A stretch of 64,000 nt of DNA, from NCBI GenBank assembly GCA_025558095.1, contig JAIVFI010000034.1, positions 434,001-498,000 on the forward strand, written 5' to 3'. Source of the DNA: Hyaloraphidium curvatum SAG 235-1. Its lineage: Eukaryota > Fungi > Monoblepharomycota. The notes below the pieces were generated by a model, which saw only the letters and a program-made list of their open reading frames with translations, searched no databases and was not told the origin of the DNA. Of the stretch, positions 1 through 14,607 are shown piece by piece. Position numbers and translations under genes: made by a program. Position 1 is the stretch's first letter. Each line of letters opens with the position of its first letter.

Positions 1-527
1 GCCATTCCTCTCCAGACGGTCTCGGAGTCCTCGGAGGTAACTGCGCCGCGCCGCGCCTCGTCGGATCCCTCTGAGACGGTCGGTCGGTTTGACCTTTGAT
101 AACAACGTGATGCCAGCGGCATGCATGCGCAACGCTCAGACACGTGGAATGTCGAATAGATCGTTCTATCCGGCTCTGAATCCTTCTGCGCGCGCTGCGG
201 ACCCCGTGTGGAACCGTGCTCTGCCGGCCAAAGCCGAGCTGAAGGAGCTGGAGCGCGCCGAGCAGGCGTACAAGGAGACGGTGCGGCCGGGCCCCCCTGG
301 TGCCTCTGCGCGCGCTGACGTCCCCGCAGCTGCTGGCGATTCGCGAGACGAAGCCCGAGAGGCCCATTATTGGCCTGCCGAAGCAGCAGGTGGTTGAGGA
401 GGTGGGTCGCCGGCGCGCACGGGACGGCGGATCGCTGACGCGCCCCAAGCCCGAAGTCGAGGAATCGGAACCCGGTTCGGACGCCAGCGGCGACGGGGAC
501 GCGATGGCGGACATGGTCGGCACCTGA
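1..527 (+). CDS. 3' end of an unidentified multi-exon gene (starts before the window)
   Basis: Coding-like segments (DPVWNRALPAKAELKELERAEQAYKET; LLAIRETKPERPIIGLPKQQ...MADMVGT*) separated by a short GTGCGG...CTGAC...CAG intron; stop at 525-527. Family not recognised. Confidence 0.4.
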
Positions 528-934
528 GGAGGGCGGCGTGGACGCGTTGGTTGGACATTGGGTGCCAGTTGGCAAGAGCACGTCGCCCCGCTCCTGCACG
601 TCGGAGGCACCCGAGTTGCGGAGCCGTCAACATTGGGACACACAAGTCGAATCGGTTACCGCGGGGGGCGGTACCTCGGCTTTGGACCAGCGCGTGCTGG
701 CACGAAATGCGCGGGTGGGCGGAAAGCCCGCTCCCATTTCATTCAAGGCTCCGGCAGTAGTGGAAAGCAGAAGCCTTGCGAGATCGCGTGCCTTGTTCTT
801 CATTTCAACTGGGTTTTCTCCATGCCGATGTATTAAATAATTGAAACAGCGAGAATCGAAGCCAGTTCGCCGACGAGTTGACGTGCGCAGCATCGCAGCA
901 GCAGCATCAGTCACTCTCTCCGCCCGCAACCGCG

Positions 935-3900
935 ATGGACGACTCGCGGAAGCGGCGGCGGTACGACGACGAATACGGCGATCGGCGGCGGGACGATCGC
1001 CGGCGTTCGCGGTCGCGGTCGACGTCGCCGCACCGCAAGCGGCGGGACGAGAAACGGGACGAGCGGCGGGAGGAGCGCCCCCGCGAGGAGCGGCCGCGCG
1101 AGGAGCGGCCGCGCGAGGAGCGGCCGCGCGAGGAGCCGCGCGACGATGCGCGGCCGAACGGCCACGCCGCGAACGGCGGCGGTCCGCCGCGGGCGCCCGA
1201 CGGGGCGGAGCGCGCCGCCGAGGACGACGTGAAGAAGCAGCGGCTGGCGAAGCTCGAGCTGTGGCGGCGCCAGCAGGCCGCGAAGGCGGGCGGCAACTCG
1301 CCGGCGGACCGCGAGGCGTCGCCGCAGCCGCAGCCGTCGCCGCGGAAGGAGCTGGCGCCCCTGGCGCGCCCGTCGCCGCCGCCGCTGGCCCGCCCGGCAG
1401 CCCTCAACGGGCCGGCGAAGTCCGGCCCGGCAAAGTTCGCGCCGACGAACCGGAGCAAGCTGGGCTTCGACGACGACGACGACGAGGAGGGCGCCGCCGT
1501 GGTGCGGCGCGGGCCGAAGCTGAAGAGCATCGAGGAGCTGATGCGGGGCGACGCAAAGGACGATGCGCCCGCAAAGCCCGAGCCATCGCCCGCAAACGGC
1601 GCGGGGCCGAACGGCAGGCAGTCGGACCCCATGGACGTGGACGGCCCGGTCGAGGAGGACCCGCTGGACGCCTTCATGGTCGACGTGTCGGCCGAGATGA
1701 AGAAGCTCGTTCAGGACGGCTCCGGCCCGGCGAGGCCGCAGGACACGCTTCTGGAGGAGGACGAGGGCGCTGTCGGGGAGGCCGTGCTCAAGATCGACGA
1801 GGACGACGAGGACAATCCAGCTGGGGACAATGAGGAGGACATCCTTGCGTGGGTTTCGCTTAATCCGTCTGGCCTTGTCCGCAACGCTGACTGCAATCCC
1901 GCCGCCATCAGGCTCGCGGCGAAAGCCAAGCTCGCAAAGAAGAAGGACCTCGCCGTCGTCGACCACGCTTCGCAAAAGTACGAGCCTTTCCGGAAGGACT
2001 TTTGGGTCGAGCCGCCGGAGCTCGCGCAGATGGCACAGGAGGAGGTGGACATTGCTCGCGCCGAGCTCGACGGGATAAAAATCCGCGGCGTGGACTGCCC
2101 CAAGCCCGCGCGGAAATGGACGCAGCTCGGGCTTCCGCCGGGCGGGATGGAGGTCATCCGCCGAGTGCTGAAGTACGAGAAACCCTCCCCGATCCAGTCC
2201 CAGGCTATCCCGGCCATCATGTCGGGGCGGGACGTCATTGGCGTCGCCAAAACGGGCAGCGGGAAGACCATCGCCTTCCTGCTGCCCATGTTCCGGCACA
2301 TCAAGGACCAGCGCCCCCTGGCGGCGGGGGAAGGACCTATCGCGCTCATCATGACCCCGACGCGCGAGCTGGCACTGCAGATCCACAAGGACTGCCGGCA
2401 CTTTGCGCGGATCATGGGCCTCCGTTCCGTCTGCGCGTACGGTGGGAGCCCGATAAAGGACCAGATCGCGGACATGAAGCGGGGCGCTGAGATTGTCGTG
2501 TGCACGCCGGGCAGGATGATTGACCTGCTGTGCGCTAATTCGGGGCGCGTGACAAACCTGAAGCGGGTGACTTACCTGGTGGGTGCGAGCCGCTGGTTCT
2601 CCCGAAGCGAAGCTGGACGCTCTCCCCGCAGGTGCTCGACGAAGCCGACCGCATGTTCGACATGGGTTTCGAGCCCCAGGTCATGAAGATCGTCAACAAC
2701 ATCCGCCCCGACCGGCAGACCGTCCTTTTTTCCGCCACCTTCCCCCGGCAGATGGAGGCCCTCGCGCGCAAGATTCTCACCAAGCCCCTCGAAATCACCG
2801 TCGGCGGGCGCAGCACCGTCGCTCCCGAGGTGACGCAGATCGTCGAGGTGCTGCCCGAGGAGGCCAAGTTCCTGCGGCTGCTCAAGATCCTGGGCAACTG
2901 GGAGAACGACGGCAACGAGGAGCAGCGCGCCCTCATCTTTGTCGAGAAGCAGGAAAAGTCGGACAAGCTGCTCGGCGACCTCATGCACCACGGCTACTCG
3001 CCGCTGTCCATCCACGGCGGCAAGGACCAGATGGACCGCGACTCAACCATTGCCGACTTCAAGACGGGCGTGACAAAGATCCTCATCGCCACGTCGGTCG
3101 CGGCGCGCGGGCTCGACGTCAAGTCGCTGAACCTGGTCGTCAACTTTGACACGCCGAACCACATGGAGGACTACGTGCACCGTGTCGGACGCACGGGCCG
3201 GGCCGGCAACAAGGGGACTGCCTACACCTTCATCTCGCCAGACCAGGAAAAGTACGCCGTGGACATTGTCAAGGCCCTCAAGATGTCGGGCACGCACGTG
3301 CCGGAGGACCTGCAGGCCCTGGCCGACGGCTTCATCGCCAAGGTCAAGGCGGGCAACGCAAAGTTCCACGGTTCCGGGTACGGCGGCAAGGGTCTGGACA
3401 AGCTGGACCAGCAGCGCGACATCCAGAAGAAGGTGGAGAAGAAGCTGCACGGCGCCGATGCCGGAGAGGAGGAGGAGGAGGAGCCCGAGGCGCTCGAGGC
3501 CGAGGCCAAGAAGCTGGCCGGCGTGGCGGTGCCCGAGCCCGAGGCACCCAAGCCGGCCGCCGAGGCCGCCGCCGTCAGTGCGCTTCCCAAAGGCGCCGTA
3601 TCGGACGCCATCCGCGCGGCCCAGGAGAAGGCCGCGGCCATCAACGCCGCCCTGGGCTTGGGCAAGCCGCCGGCGTCCAACATCATCAACCAGATCAACC
3701 TCAAGTTCCGGACCGACGGCGGCGCAAATCAGGGACCCGCCCTGCCCAGCGCATCGCCCTACTCGCTCGAGATCGAGATCAACGACTACCCTCAAAAGGC
3801 CCGGTGGAAGGTCACGAACAAGGTGGGTTTGACTCGTGCAGTGGTGCGAAGTGCTCATGCTGAAGTTTTCCCCATCGCCGCAGGAACAAATGTCGCAGAT

Positions 3901-4123
3901 CGTGGAGATGACCGGCGCCGCAATCACCACCCGCGGCACCTTCTTCCCCAAGGGCAAGGAGCCGGACGCTTCCAAGGGCGAGAAGAAGCTGTTCCTGTTT
4001 GTCGAGGGCGAGACGGAGCTGATCGTCGACCACGCGAGGTCCGAGATCCTCAGGGTCATCAAGGAGGCCACGTTAGCAGCCGCCGAGGCAGAGGCGCAGG
4101 GTGGACGCTATTCTGTCGTCTGA
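935..4123 (+). CDS. PRP5: Pre-mRNA-processing DEAD-box RNA helicase Prp5/DDX46
   Basis: RD/RS-rich N-terminus, DPLDAFM motif, [35 protein letters not shown]-terminal [15 protein letters not shown]-like region; three short introns (~1850-1911, ~2580-2631, ~3823-3883). Confidence 0.95.
1070..1140 (+). repeat. 15-bp coding tandem repeat (GAGGAGCGGCCGCGC, encoding EERPR) in the Prp5 N-terminus
   Basis: About 4-5 near-identical units directly visible. Confidence 0.85.
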
Positions 4124-4395
4124 GCGACTAAAAGGCCGATCGGAAAGAAGACGTCCAAAACAAACCGTCGCTAGCCGAGACCTCACCGAAGGTGATTAGT
4201 CCATTCCTTTGGGGTGCCGCGGGTATATGCAGGACTGCGCTACTCTTTCCTGGGGCGTTGCGGCGCTAGGGAGGGCGGGATGGGCATCTGCGTGGCGTGG
4301 CGCGAGGGGGACAGGGGACCGCGGCACGGCCTCGGGGGCCCCGACAGGCCCGCATCGCGGTCCCGTGGCCGTCAATCCTATCTTTAGGCATCTGA

Positions 4396-5276
<881 letters not shown>

Positions 5277-5466
5277 GACGAGCCAGCACCAGCTATAGCT
5301 CTCGCGCTCTTTAGCTTGATAGTGGCGGATATGTTTCGATGGTGGCTCAGGCTCGGGGGCACAGATGTAGGTCGACAGCAGGACTCAGTAGATCTGGTGC
5401 GACCGCCACCAGCTTCCGGGCTTCACCCCACTACATCTACCCCGGGCGCCTCGCGGCCTGCCGACG

Positions 5467-6357
5467 ATGTCGCGGCGTGCCTCTCAGCATCAGAAGGCAC
5501 TACAGGAGGCCGCGGCGGAGTCGAGCGGGGTGCCATCTTCCGCTGCGGCCACTCGCACGCGGCCGTCGCCAGCCACGCCACCTGCACCGCTATCGACGCC
5601 TGCGGACGGCTTCCAGGCCGTACAGACGTTCGAAGAGACGCTTAGAGAAGTCATCGGCCCCGAGAACGCCGAGTTCCGCCTCGTGAAGGGACCCAGCCGG
5701 CTTCCGCTTCTGGTCGCCTTGCCGCCCGCGTTCTCCGCCGAAGAGCACGTCAGGGAACGCGCGGAGAAGCGGAAACAGAACCTATTGGCGTCTCTTGCGG
5801 GAACAGCGGGGCGTGGCGGCGAGCGCACCGCGGGAGCTGACGTGGCTTCCCGACCCGCGACCCTCGCCTCCTTGACGGACGAGATCCTTCTTCTAGTCGG
5901 CGGCATGCTGCTTGCATCAGGCCGTCGCGACTCGCTTCTGCGTTTCTCTCTCACTTGCAAAGCCCTTCGCCGCGTTAGTCTGGCCTTGCTGGCGTTCGGC
6001 TCCGGCGAGGACCGTGGCGACAGGGAAGCGGAAGACGAGGATGCCAGATCGGAACTCTTTCTTCACGGATTGATGCTGCATCCGATTCCGGCGCAACCGG
6101 CCTTCACTTTCCCCGACGACGTGACCATCGAGACCGCGATCTACCCGGACATTCGTGCTCGGATATTTGCAACCGCCATCGGCAAGTTGGCGTGCAAGAA
6201 CCCAGCGCAGATGCTCTCGCTCTCGTCCAGGATTCTGGTGCACGTCACGGATTTGCTGCCGGGTCAGATGATGTCGCAAACGAAGATGGTCTTCGGCCAG
6301 ATGCAGAAGCACGGAAAATCGGGGGCTATCGAACGTGATCCATCCAACCGCACTTAA
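5467..6357 (+). CDS. Hypothetical protein with internal F-box-like motif
   Basis: Intronless 296-aa ORF; LASLTDEILLLVGGML...LLRFSLTCKALR resembles an F-box. Confidence 0.5.
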   Translation: MSRRASQHQKALQEAAAESSGVPSSAAATRTRPSPATPPAPLSTPADGFQAVQTFEETLREVIGPENAEFRLVKGPSRLPLLVALPPAFSAEEHVRERAEKRKQNLLASLAGTAGRGGERTAGADVASRPATLASLTDEILLLVGGMLLASGRRDSLLRFSLTCKALRRVSLALLAFGSGEDRGDREAEDEDARSELFLHGLMLHPIPAQPAFTFPDDVTIETAIYPDIRARIFATAIGKLACKNPAQMLSLSSRILVHVTDLLPGQMMSQTKMVFGQMQKHGKSGAIERDPSNRT

Positions 6358-6885
6358 ACGGCATTCACCCGGCCGCTGTTTTGCCGTTCCTGGTTTGCTC
6401 CGGCGATGGGGAAGCGGGAGTAACTAGGAGCGACCGTCGCACTAGGCGGACAAGAGGATGTAGGATGCCTGCTGGCCAAAAACAACTCGCTGGATTAGCT
6501 TTCCATCCGTCTCTGCCTAAGTGGAGGCGGCGAGTCACGGCCTAAATTGAGGCGGCGAGTCGTGGATTGGGCTTGCGGCGGAAAAAGACTCGTTCAAGGC
6601 GGCTGCACCGTGCAGCGCAGGTTGAGGCTGCCCATGTATGCGATCCAATGAAACTATCCCGAGCATCCTCGTCACCCTTCCAAAACCTGGTAATTCATAT
6701 CGATCAGGGCTGTGTTCGGCGCCTTGGTGGGGGGTTGCTGCGGACACGCGCGCCCGCGCTTGCTCCACCCTTCGAACCTTCTCCGTGGAAGGCCTGCGGC
6801 ACACCCGGCGCGCCGCGCGTCCATGCCCGCGCGCTAGTGCCGTTCGTGCCGCCCCGGCCGCCGCCCCCGGGCGCCGCCCGCCAAG

Positions 6886-8380
6886 ATGTCGTCCTCCCTG
6901 GTGGACACGAAACAGTCGCGGAAACCCGCAAGTGCGTCCGCCGGCCGCCGCCCCCGGCGCGCCTGACCGCCGCGCAGACACCGCGTTCAAGCAGCAGCGG
7001 CTGAAGGCATGGCAGCCCATCCTGACGCCCAAGACAGTGATCCCGACCTTCTTCATCATCGGCACCATCTTCGTGCCGATCGGAATCGGCCTGTACATCG
7101 CGTCCGATAGGGTACGCCCGCCGCCCGGCCGTCCGGGGCCGCCGCATTCGGCCGCCAACGCGTCCCGCGTCCGCAGGTGCAGCAGGTCGTCTTCGACTAC
7201 ACCTACTGCAACTCCTCCTCCCCCACCTTCTCGTCGCCCGTCACGCAGATGCTGTACTTCCCCGACACGCAAATCTGCCGGATCCAGTGGCGCCAGGACC
7301 AGACAATCCCCAGCTCGGTCCTGCTCTACTACCGCCTCACCAACTTCTACCAGAACCACCGCCGATACGTGAAGAGCTACGACCCCAACCAGCTGCAGGG
7401 CGCAAAGATTGAGTCTGCGTCGGGCACCAACGTCAATTGCGCGCCGCTGCAGGGACCCGGCGGCAACCCGCAGTACTATCCGTGCGGGCTGATCGCCAAC
7501 TCGATGTTCAGCGGTGGGTGTCGCTTCGAGGCCCGTTCAGGTTTGTCGCTCACCCCCATTCGATGGACAGACTCGATTGGCAGCCCGCGGCTGGTTAGCA
7601 CGACGGACGCCAACTACCAGGCCTTTGTCGGGCAGCAGTTCACCTTCTCGCAGAACGGCATCGCGTGGCCGTCGGACGCGTCCAAGTACCAGACCTCGCA
7701 GTGGTTCACGGACTGGAGCCCCAGCATCCCCGCGACCTCGGTCGGCGGCGCCACCTGGATCCAGCAGAACCTGCTCCCGCCCCCGGCATGGATCACGGGC
7801 TTCGCCTGGGCCGGCTGGGCCAACGGGTACGACGTCACGCGCGGGCCGGTGCAGTTCGGAAGCTCGGTCGACAACGTGACCAACTCGGGCGGATACCCGG
7901 ACCTGGACACGTGGGAGCGGCTGCAGGTGTGGATGCGGGTGGCTGGGCTGCCGACGTTCCGGAAGCTGTGGGGCCGGAACGACGCGCAGACCATGCCGAG
8001 CGGGACGTGGGAGATCGACATTGGCTTCCGTGGGTCCTTTCGCCGCGCTGCTTCACCTCCGACCCGCTGAATTGCGCCGCGCAGATTTCAACGTGGCCCA
8101 GTTCGGCGGCACCAAGGCCATCGTCATCTCCAACGTCTCGGTGATTGGCGGCAAGAACCCCTTCCTCGGCATCGCCTACATGGTCGTCGGCGCGCTCTGC
8201 TGGGTCCTCGGCATCAGCTTCCTCATCCGCCACATGGTCAAGCCGCGCAAGCTCGGCGACCACTCGTACCTGAGCTGGAACCAGACCCAGGCCCCCGGCG
8301 CGCCGGGCACCGCGCAGCTGCAGGCGCCGCCGAGGCAGAAGCCGGCGGAGCCGATCCCGATGCAGCCTCTGAACGGCTGA
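6886..8380 (+). CDS. CDC50: CDC50/LEM3 family P4-ATPase (flippase) beta subunit
   Basis: [70 protein letters not shown]; four short introns. Confidence 0.95.
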
Positions 8381-8516
8381 GCGGGGCAGACACGGTCGAC
8401 AAGCGGGGCGGAGGGCCGACGGGGTGGCGTTGAGCATGGCGTTTATTAGGTTTCCTACACGTTGGGAACACGAATCGCTGGAATAAGAGGGCAAACACAT
8501 CCAAGGATCCCGCCGT

Positions 8517-10887
8517 CTACTCGGCGTTTGCGGGCGCGCTCTCCACCTCGCGCGCGTGCGCGAAAAACAGCCGCGCATTGTTCTTGCCGGCGTTATAGAG
8601 CCGGTACTGGTTCCCTGTCGTCCGCCGGAAGTGAGCGCCGTCCGCTGCGGGGGTTGTCCCGACGACCCACCTCTCGGAACCAGGAACTGGTCGCCCGGCT
8701 TGGCCTCGAACGTCGCGTTGTGCACCGTCGCCTTGACGGTGCCCGACAGCACGACAAACATCTGCCGCGGCGAAACTGTCAGCCTCGTAGTGCTACCGCC
8801 CGAAAGGCCGCCCCACCATGGCGTTGGCCCTCGTGTTCTTGCTCGGCTTCTCGGCGCCGGCGGGGATCAGCATCTGCCCGCACGCGCAGAAATCGCCCTC
8901 GCTGAAGGCCTTGGCGAACTGGTACGTCTCGTTGCTCACGGGGCGCAGGTCGAGCGAGTTCATGGGGCAGAAGATTTCTTGCGGCGGCGGAGGTGCGTGA
9001 GCGCGAGGACCGGCCGGCGCCCGCGCCCGTCACCCACTCTTCTTTGCCGTCCCCGTCGGGTTGCCCTCGCCCGTCCACTCGACCACGTCCATCTCGAGCA
9101 CCTCGATCGGCGTGCCGTTGTCCCCGCCCCGCGACTCGATCTTGATCTCGGGGTCGCGCCCCGAGGACCCGCCGCGCTTGGCGCGGTGCGCGGGGCGGTG
9201 CTTCTTGGCGGGCTCGGGCGAGGTCATGTCGTGCGCGCCGCGGATGACCTCGAACTTGACCTCGCCTGGAAAGCAAGCGTGAGCGGCGGGGCGGGCGGCG
9301 CGCGACGTGGGGTACCCACCCGACTCGGTCTTTATGGGCACCGTCCTCTCCAGCGCCCAGAACTTGAGCGGCGCGACCCTCTGCCTCTTACTCCTCCTCC
9401 CCTGCTCGTCGTCGTCGTCGTCCGACACCACCGCGGGCTTGGGGCGCTTGAGCGGCGCCGGTTTGGCAGGCTTGGCCGCCTTGGTGGCCTTGGCGGCCTT
9501 TGGCGGCCGCCCGCGCAGCTTCGGTGCCGGCGCCTCCTCATCCTCCTCATCCTCCTCTTCTGCCGGCGCCGGCGGCTCCGGCTCCGGCTCGGGCTCGGGC
9601 TCGGGCTCGGAATCGGACGCCAGCCTCCTGCTCGCGAGCGAGCTCCTCGCCGACCCCCTCCCCCCCCTCCCGGACCTGCGCCTCGCCTGCCTCGGCGCCG
9701 GGCTCGCCTCCTCCTCCTCTTCCTCCTCCACCACCTTGGGCGGCCTTCCCCTCCTCTGCGGCGACCCTGCGGTGCGCGGCGGCGACCCCGCCGCGCTCGC
9801 GGGCTGGCTGACCTCGTCCGGCGGGCTGGGCGGCCCGGCGTCGTCGAACCCGGGGTCGTACTCCGCGGGCTGGCTCTGCGACGGGCCGTTGGACGTGAGC
9901 TCGGGGCTGCCGCTGCGCGGGCTCAGCGGGCGGCGGCCGGGGGGGGAGCGCCCGGGGGAGCGGCCGCCGCGGCCGCGCCCGCGCCCGCGGGGGGAGGCGC
10001 GGTTGCTGTGCAGGCTGTAGGTGTGGTCCTCGCCGGGGTATGAGCGGCCGACGGGGTCGGGGGTGGCGGCGGCGGCGGGGACGGGGGTGCGGGCGGTCTT
10101 GGCCTGGACCTGAATCGGGGCGGAGGCGTCGCGGCCGGTCAGCTGGGGTTTGCGCGGGTGCCGCACCCGATGCGACGCACCTGGGACAGGACCAGCCCGT
10201 CCGATTCGGTGTCGTGGATGTGGTGCGCGTCCGAGGCCTGGCGCGAGCGGCCGCGGCCCTTCGTAGGCGGGGCCGCGGTCCGCGGAGCGTCCTCCTCGTC
10301 CTCGTCCTCGGAAATGATCCCCTTTTTGTAGCGGTGGCGCACGTGCGGCGCGGCGGCGGGCGGCGACTCGAGATCCCTGGCCGAGCCGTTGGCTGGTAAG
10401 GGGGGAAGCGTGGCCGTGGTGGTCAGCGACGGTTCCCCGGCTGCGGGGGGGGGGGGTTGGGGACCCCCGGGGCCCACGCACCGCGCGCCTCGATGCCCTC
10501 CTCGATGCCCCGAGCCTCCTCGTCGTCCGACAGCGGCAGCCTGGCGGGCTCCTTGGGCGTCTCCGGGAACCACACCTTGGGGTCCGACACGCCCAGGCGG
10601 TTGTGCTTGACGTTCTCCGGCGGGCGCACGCCGGTCTTGCGGCCCTCCTGGCCGATGTTGTGGTACGTGTTTGCGGGCGGGGCGCCGCGCGTGCGCGTGC
10701 GCTTCTGTTGTTTGGGTGCGCGGGGGCGGGGGTTGTGGCGGGGCGCAGCCGGCGGGGCCGCGAGATCAAGGCACCCGGTACGCCACAGGGAGTTGCGGGG
10801 GCAATGCGCGGGTTAGCGGGGGCTCCAAGGGGCGGGGGTTGCCGGGGCCGGGTGGCGGCCGCGCACCTTCTCCGTGTCGTTTGCCAT
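8517..10887 (-). CDS. MIF2: Inner kinetochore protein Mif2/CENP-C
   Basis: N-terminal YHNIGQEGRKTG...VKHNRLG motif, AT-hooks (RRGRPPK, LRGRPPK), CENP-C motif RRSKRQRVAPLKFW, C-terminal cupin (FVVLSGTVKATVH...GDQFLVPRGNQY); multi-exon. Confidence 0.88.
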
Positions 10888-11381
10888 GTTAGCGGGCGCG
10901 CTGCTGCGGGCGGCTCTCCCGCGCGGCGCGCGCGTCCAACTCGCTGGGCGGCACGGGCGCCCTCGGAATGCACGCTTGAGCGGCGGCGGAGGGGGCTGCC
11001 GGGTGTCGGTTGGTTCGCGGCGGGGGCGCGCGACTCCGCGCGGGGGCGGGGACAACAAGCGGAGTGCTTTCGAAGCCGGACCCAACACACGCCCCAAGCG
11101 GCACGCAGGGTGGTCCCCGCTCCGACAGCAGGCCATCGCGGCATTGCACGGCCGCCGCGCGGGCCCGCACCCGCCGTGCCGGCCGCGGGAGACGGCGCCC
11201 GCCCTCCGCACCCGCCGCCCGACACCGCCGCATCCGGCCCGCTGCACACGCCGCCCGCACGCCTGCAAATGCTCGCGAGCATTGCCAGCGGTGCTCTGAC
11301 CGCGTGAGGGCGCGCACAGGCGCCGCTGGGCACCGATCGGCGGTGTTAGCGCCGGCCGCACCTCGCCCACCCGCACGCGCA

Positions 11382-14300
11382 ATGGACGGCAGCTTCGTCG
11401 ACCAGATCCTGGCAAGGCTGGGCGGCGGCTCAGACCGCGTGCACCGCTTCGTGTCGGCGCCCGCCTACGCCGCAGGCGCGAACCGTGTGGCGCCCGACGG
11501 CCCGTCGCCCGGCGCCGCTTCCGGCTCGCCGTCGCCCGCTGACGACCGCCCGCGCTCGCGGCTGCCGCAGCGCCGCAAGTCGTTCGTCAACGCGACGTAC
11601 GAAAGGCTGGCCGGCGGCGACGATGCCGAGCTGCCGGCCGCGCCGGCCCCCTCGCAGGCCAGCGCGCAGGTGACCCCGCAGTCGTCGGCAGAAACCGCCT
11701 CGCCCGCGGAGGACCCGTCGAAGGAAGCGCGCCCGCGCGACCTCGTCGGCCGCCCGCCGCGCAGCCCCGACCGCGTGGAGCGCGTCTACTCGTCGGACCG
11801 CGTGCTCTCGCGCGCCTGGACGTCGGGCAGCGAGTCCATCGCCGAGGCGCCCGACGAGGACGACGACGACGACGGCGACGCGCCGCCCTCGCCCTCTCCC
11901 GCCCCGGCGCAGCTGGTGCACCGTAGCAGCATGCGCCAGCCGGCCAACCTGCGCATCGACACGGCCGTGGCCGCCGCGGGCCCACAGCCCGAGCGCGCGC
12001 TGCCCCGCGCATCCGTCTCGGCCTCCTTCTCGCGCAAGCAGTCGCTGCCGTGCATGGAGCCCATCTCGATCCCCGAGGGCCAGCCGATCGCCATCCAGCC
12101 GCACGGCGCGCGCTCCGAGAGCAGGCGCAGGAGCATGTCCTACTCGGCCGCGCAGGCCGCGCAGCCGTCGAGCCCCGCGGAGGCGCGCCCGCCCTCGCCC
12201 GACCGCAGGTTCGGCCTGCCCTCGTTCCGCGAGTTCTTCCGCGGGCGAGCGCGCTCCCGCTCCCGCAATTCGAGCCTGAACTTCTCCGAAGCGGACGGGA
12301 TCGGCGCCGTGCGCGCAGAGTTCTGCTCCTCCCCCGAGCCGCACGACGGCGACCCCGTGGTGCCCGAGGCCGTGCAGTGTCGCGAACAGGGGAGCGTCAG
12401 CCGCACCGGCAGCTCCAAGGACCTCGGCATCCTCCCCCCGCGGCCCTTCTTCTCCCTCTCCCGGCGGCGCTCCCTCTCCTCGGGCGACGTGCTGGCCTCT
12501 CGCCCCAACGGCCGCGAGCCCAGCGCCTCCCCCGGCGCACTGACGGACCGCTCCTCGTCGCCCTCCTCCCCCGGCCCGCGGCACCGCCGCACCGTCTCGG
12601 TCGAGACCCGCGACGACGTCCCCCCGGCCGCCAACCCCCCGCAGACCCCGCGCTCGCGCCGCTCCTCGCAGCACCAGCGGGTCGAAGTCTCGGCCATCTA
12701 CCAGGTCTCCTCCAAGCCCTCGCTCGTCTCGACCCCGAGCGGCGACGAGCACACCGAGGGTAAGATCAACCAGTACCACATCCTGCGCGAGATCGGCTCC
12801 GGCGCCTTCGGCCGCGTCGTGCTGGTGCGCGACCAGGACACGGGGATCTACTACGCGTGCAAGATCGTCTCCAAGTCCCGGCTGCGCAAGAAGTTCCGCT
12901 GGCCCGAGGGCACCCCCCGCCGCTCTCCGGGCCGCGGGCCGGGCGGCGCCGCGGAGGAAGCCCGCGACCCCATGGACCCCATCAAGCGCGAGATCGCCAT
13001 CCTCAAGAAGGTCTCGGACCACCCGTGCATCAACCAGCTCGTCGAGGTCATGGACGACGCGAGGGAGGACAACCTGTACATGGTGTTCGAGCTGTGCGAG
13101 TACGGCCAGGTGATGAGGCTCAACTTTGGCGGGGAGCCGGTGAGGCCGTTTTCGGAGGAGCTGGCGAGGAAGTACTTCCGCGACATCGTTCTGGGGCTCG
13201 AGTACCGTGGGTGGACCGCGCATCGGGAAGGATGCGCGCCGGGGCTGACGGGGATGTCGCAGTGCACCACAAGAAGATCATACACAGGGACCTCAAGCCC
13301 GGTGAGCATGAACCGTTGCGGGGCCGGATGGAGCGGAGGCTGACCCGCATGCGATGCAGAGAACCTACTGAGGACGGCCGAGGACACGGTGCAGATCGCC
13401 GACTTTGGCATCTCGCACATGTTCGGGGACGACGAGGAGGATGCGAAGCTGCAGGACAAGAACGCGTCGCCGGTGTTCATGCCCCCCGAGGCGTTCAGCA
13501 GTGGGTTGCCGCGCGGTGCGGCGCCGCGGAGTGTGCTGACGATGCATGCAGGCGACACGTCACACATCAGCGGGAAGGCCTTGGACGTCTGGTCCCTCGG
13601 CGTGACGCTCTACTGCTTCGTGCACGGGCACCCCCCCTTCGAGGACGCCAGCATCATCTCCCTCAGCGAGAAGATCGAGCGCGAGCCGGCCCCCGTGCGC
13701 GAGACGCTCTCGGAGGACCTGCGCGGGCTGCTGGACGCGATGCTGGCCAAGGAGCCGTCCGAGCGGATCCGGCTGCCGGAGATCCGGGGGCACCCGTGGA
13801 CGACGGACAGGGGGAGGTTACCGATGATGAGCAGCGAGGATAACTGCAGGCGGTGGGAGGACGTGACGGAGGACGAGGTCAACGGGGCCGTCAAGTGGGT
13901 GCCGCCCGATTGGCGGAGCATGCAACCGCTTACCGTTGTGTGCGTGCAGGCCCGCGACCAGCTTCCTCGCTCGCATCATCGACCGCATCCGCATCCGCCG
14001 GCCGACCTCGGGCTCGCTCGGGCGGAACAAGTCCCCGGGTCCCCCGCGGGCGTCGACGGACCCCGTCACCGACGCCGAGCGTTCCGGCCTGCGGCAGCGC
14101 GGCTCGCTGTCGCCGACCAAGCGCCGGCGGAGCAAGTCCGAGTCGCGCCCGCGGGAAGCGTTCATCCCGATCCCCGGGCCGTTCGCGCGCAGGGCGGACG
14201 AGGCGCCCCAAGCGGAGCCGATCGCCGAGCGGGAGGAGCCAAGTACAGAGACGCTGGCGGCCGTGGCGACGCCGAGCGACATTGCCACGGCCGTGGATAC

Positions 14301-14607
14301 GCCGGACGAGAGCGCGCTCACGCTCAAGGTGTTCCCGCCCTCGTCCGATCGCCTGGTGTCGCCGGCGCCGATCTCCGCGGGCAGGCCGCACAGCGCAGCG
14401 GGCGCGCTCGGCGTCAAGATCGGCGCGCCGGCGGAGCTCAGGGCGGACGAAGGGCCGGGGTCGCAGTCGACGATCGCCGAGCGGCGGGACGGCAGCTCGT
14501 CGCCGGCGCTGGGGCTCGAGGGGCTGGCGCCGGACGGGCGGGTGCGGCCTGCGCCGGCGGGCAAGGCGGGGGCGGGGGTGCGGCTGCGGAGGGTCGGGAC
14601 GTGCTAG
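11382..14607 (+). CDS. CaMKK/Ssp1/Sak1-like Ser/Thr protein kinase with long disordered flanks
   Basis: INQYHILREIGSGAFGRV, YACK, REIAILKK, DNLYMVFE, HRDLKPENLL (spliced), DFGISH, DVWSLGVTLYCFVHG; four short introns. Confidence 0.88.

Noticed and set aside
10445-10456. Poly-G runs here and at ~33159-33171 as G-quadruplex regulators
   Set aside because: Simple homopolymers in intron/intergenic DNA with no supporting evidence.
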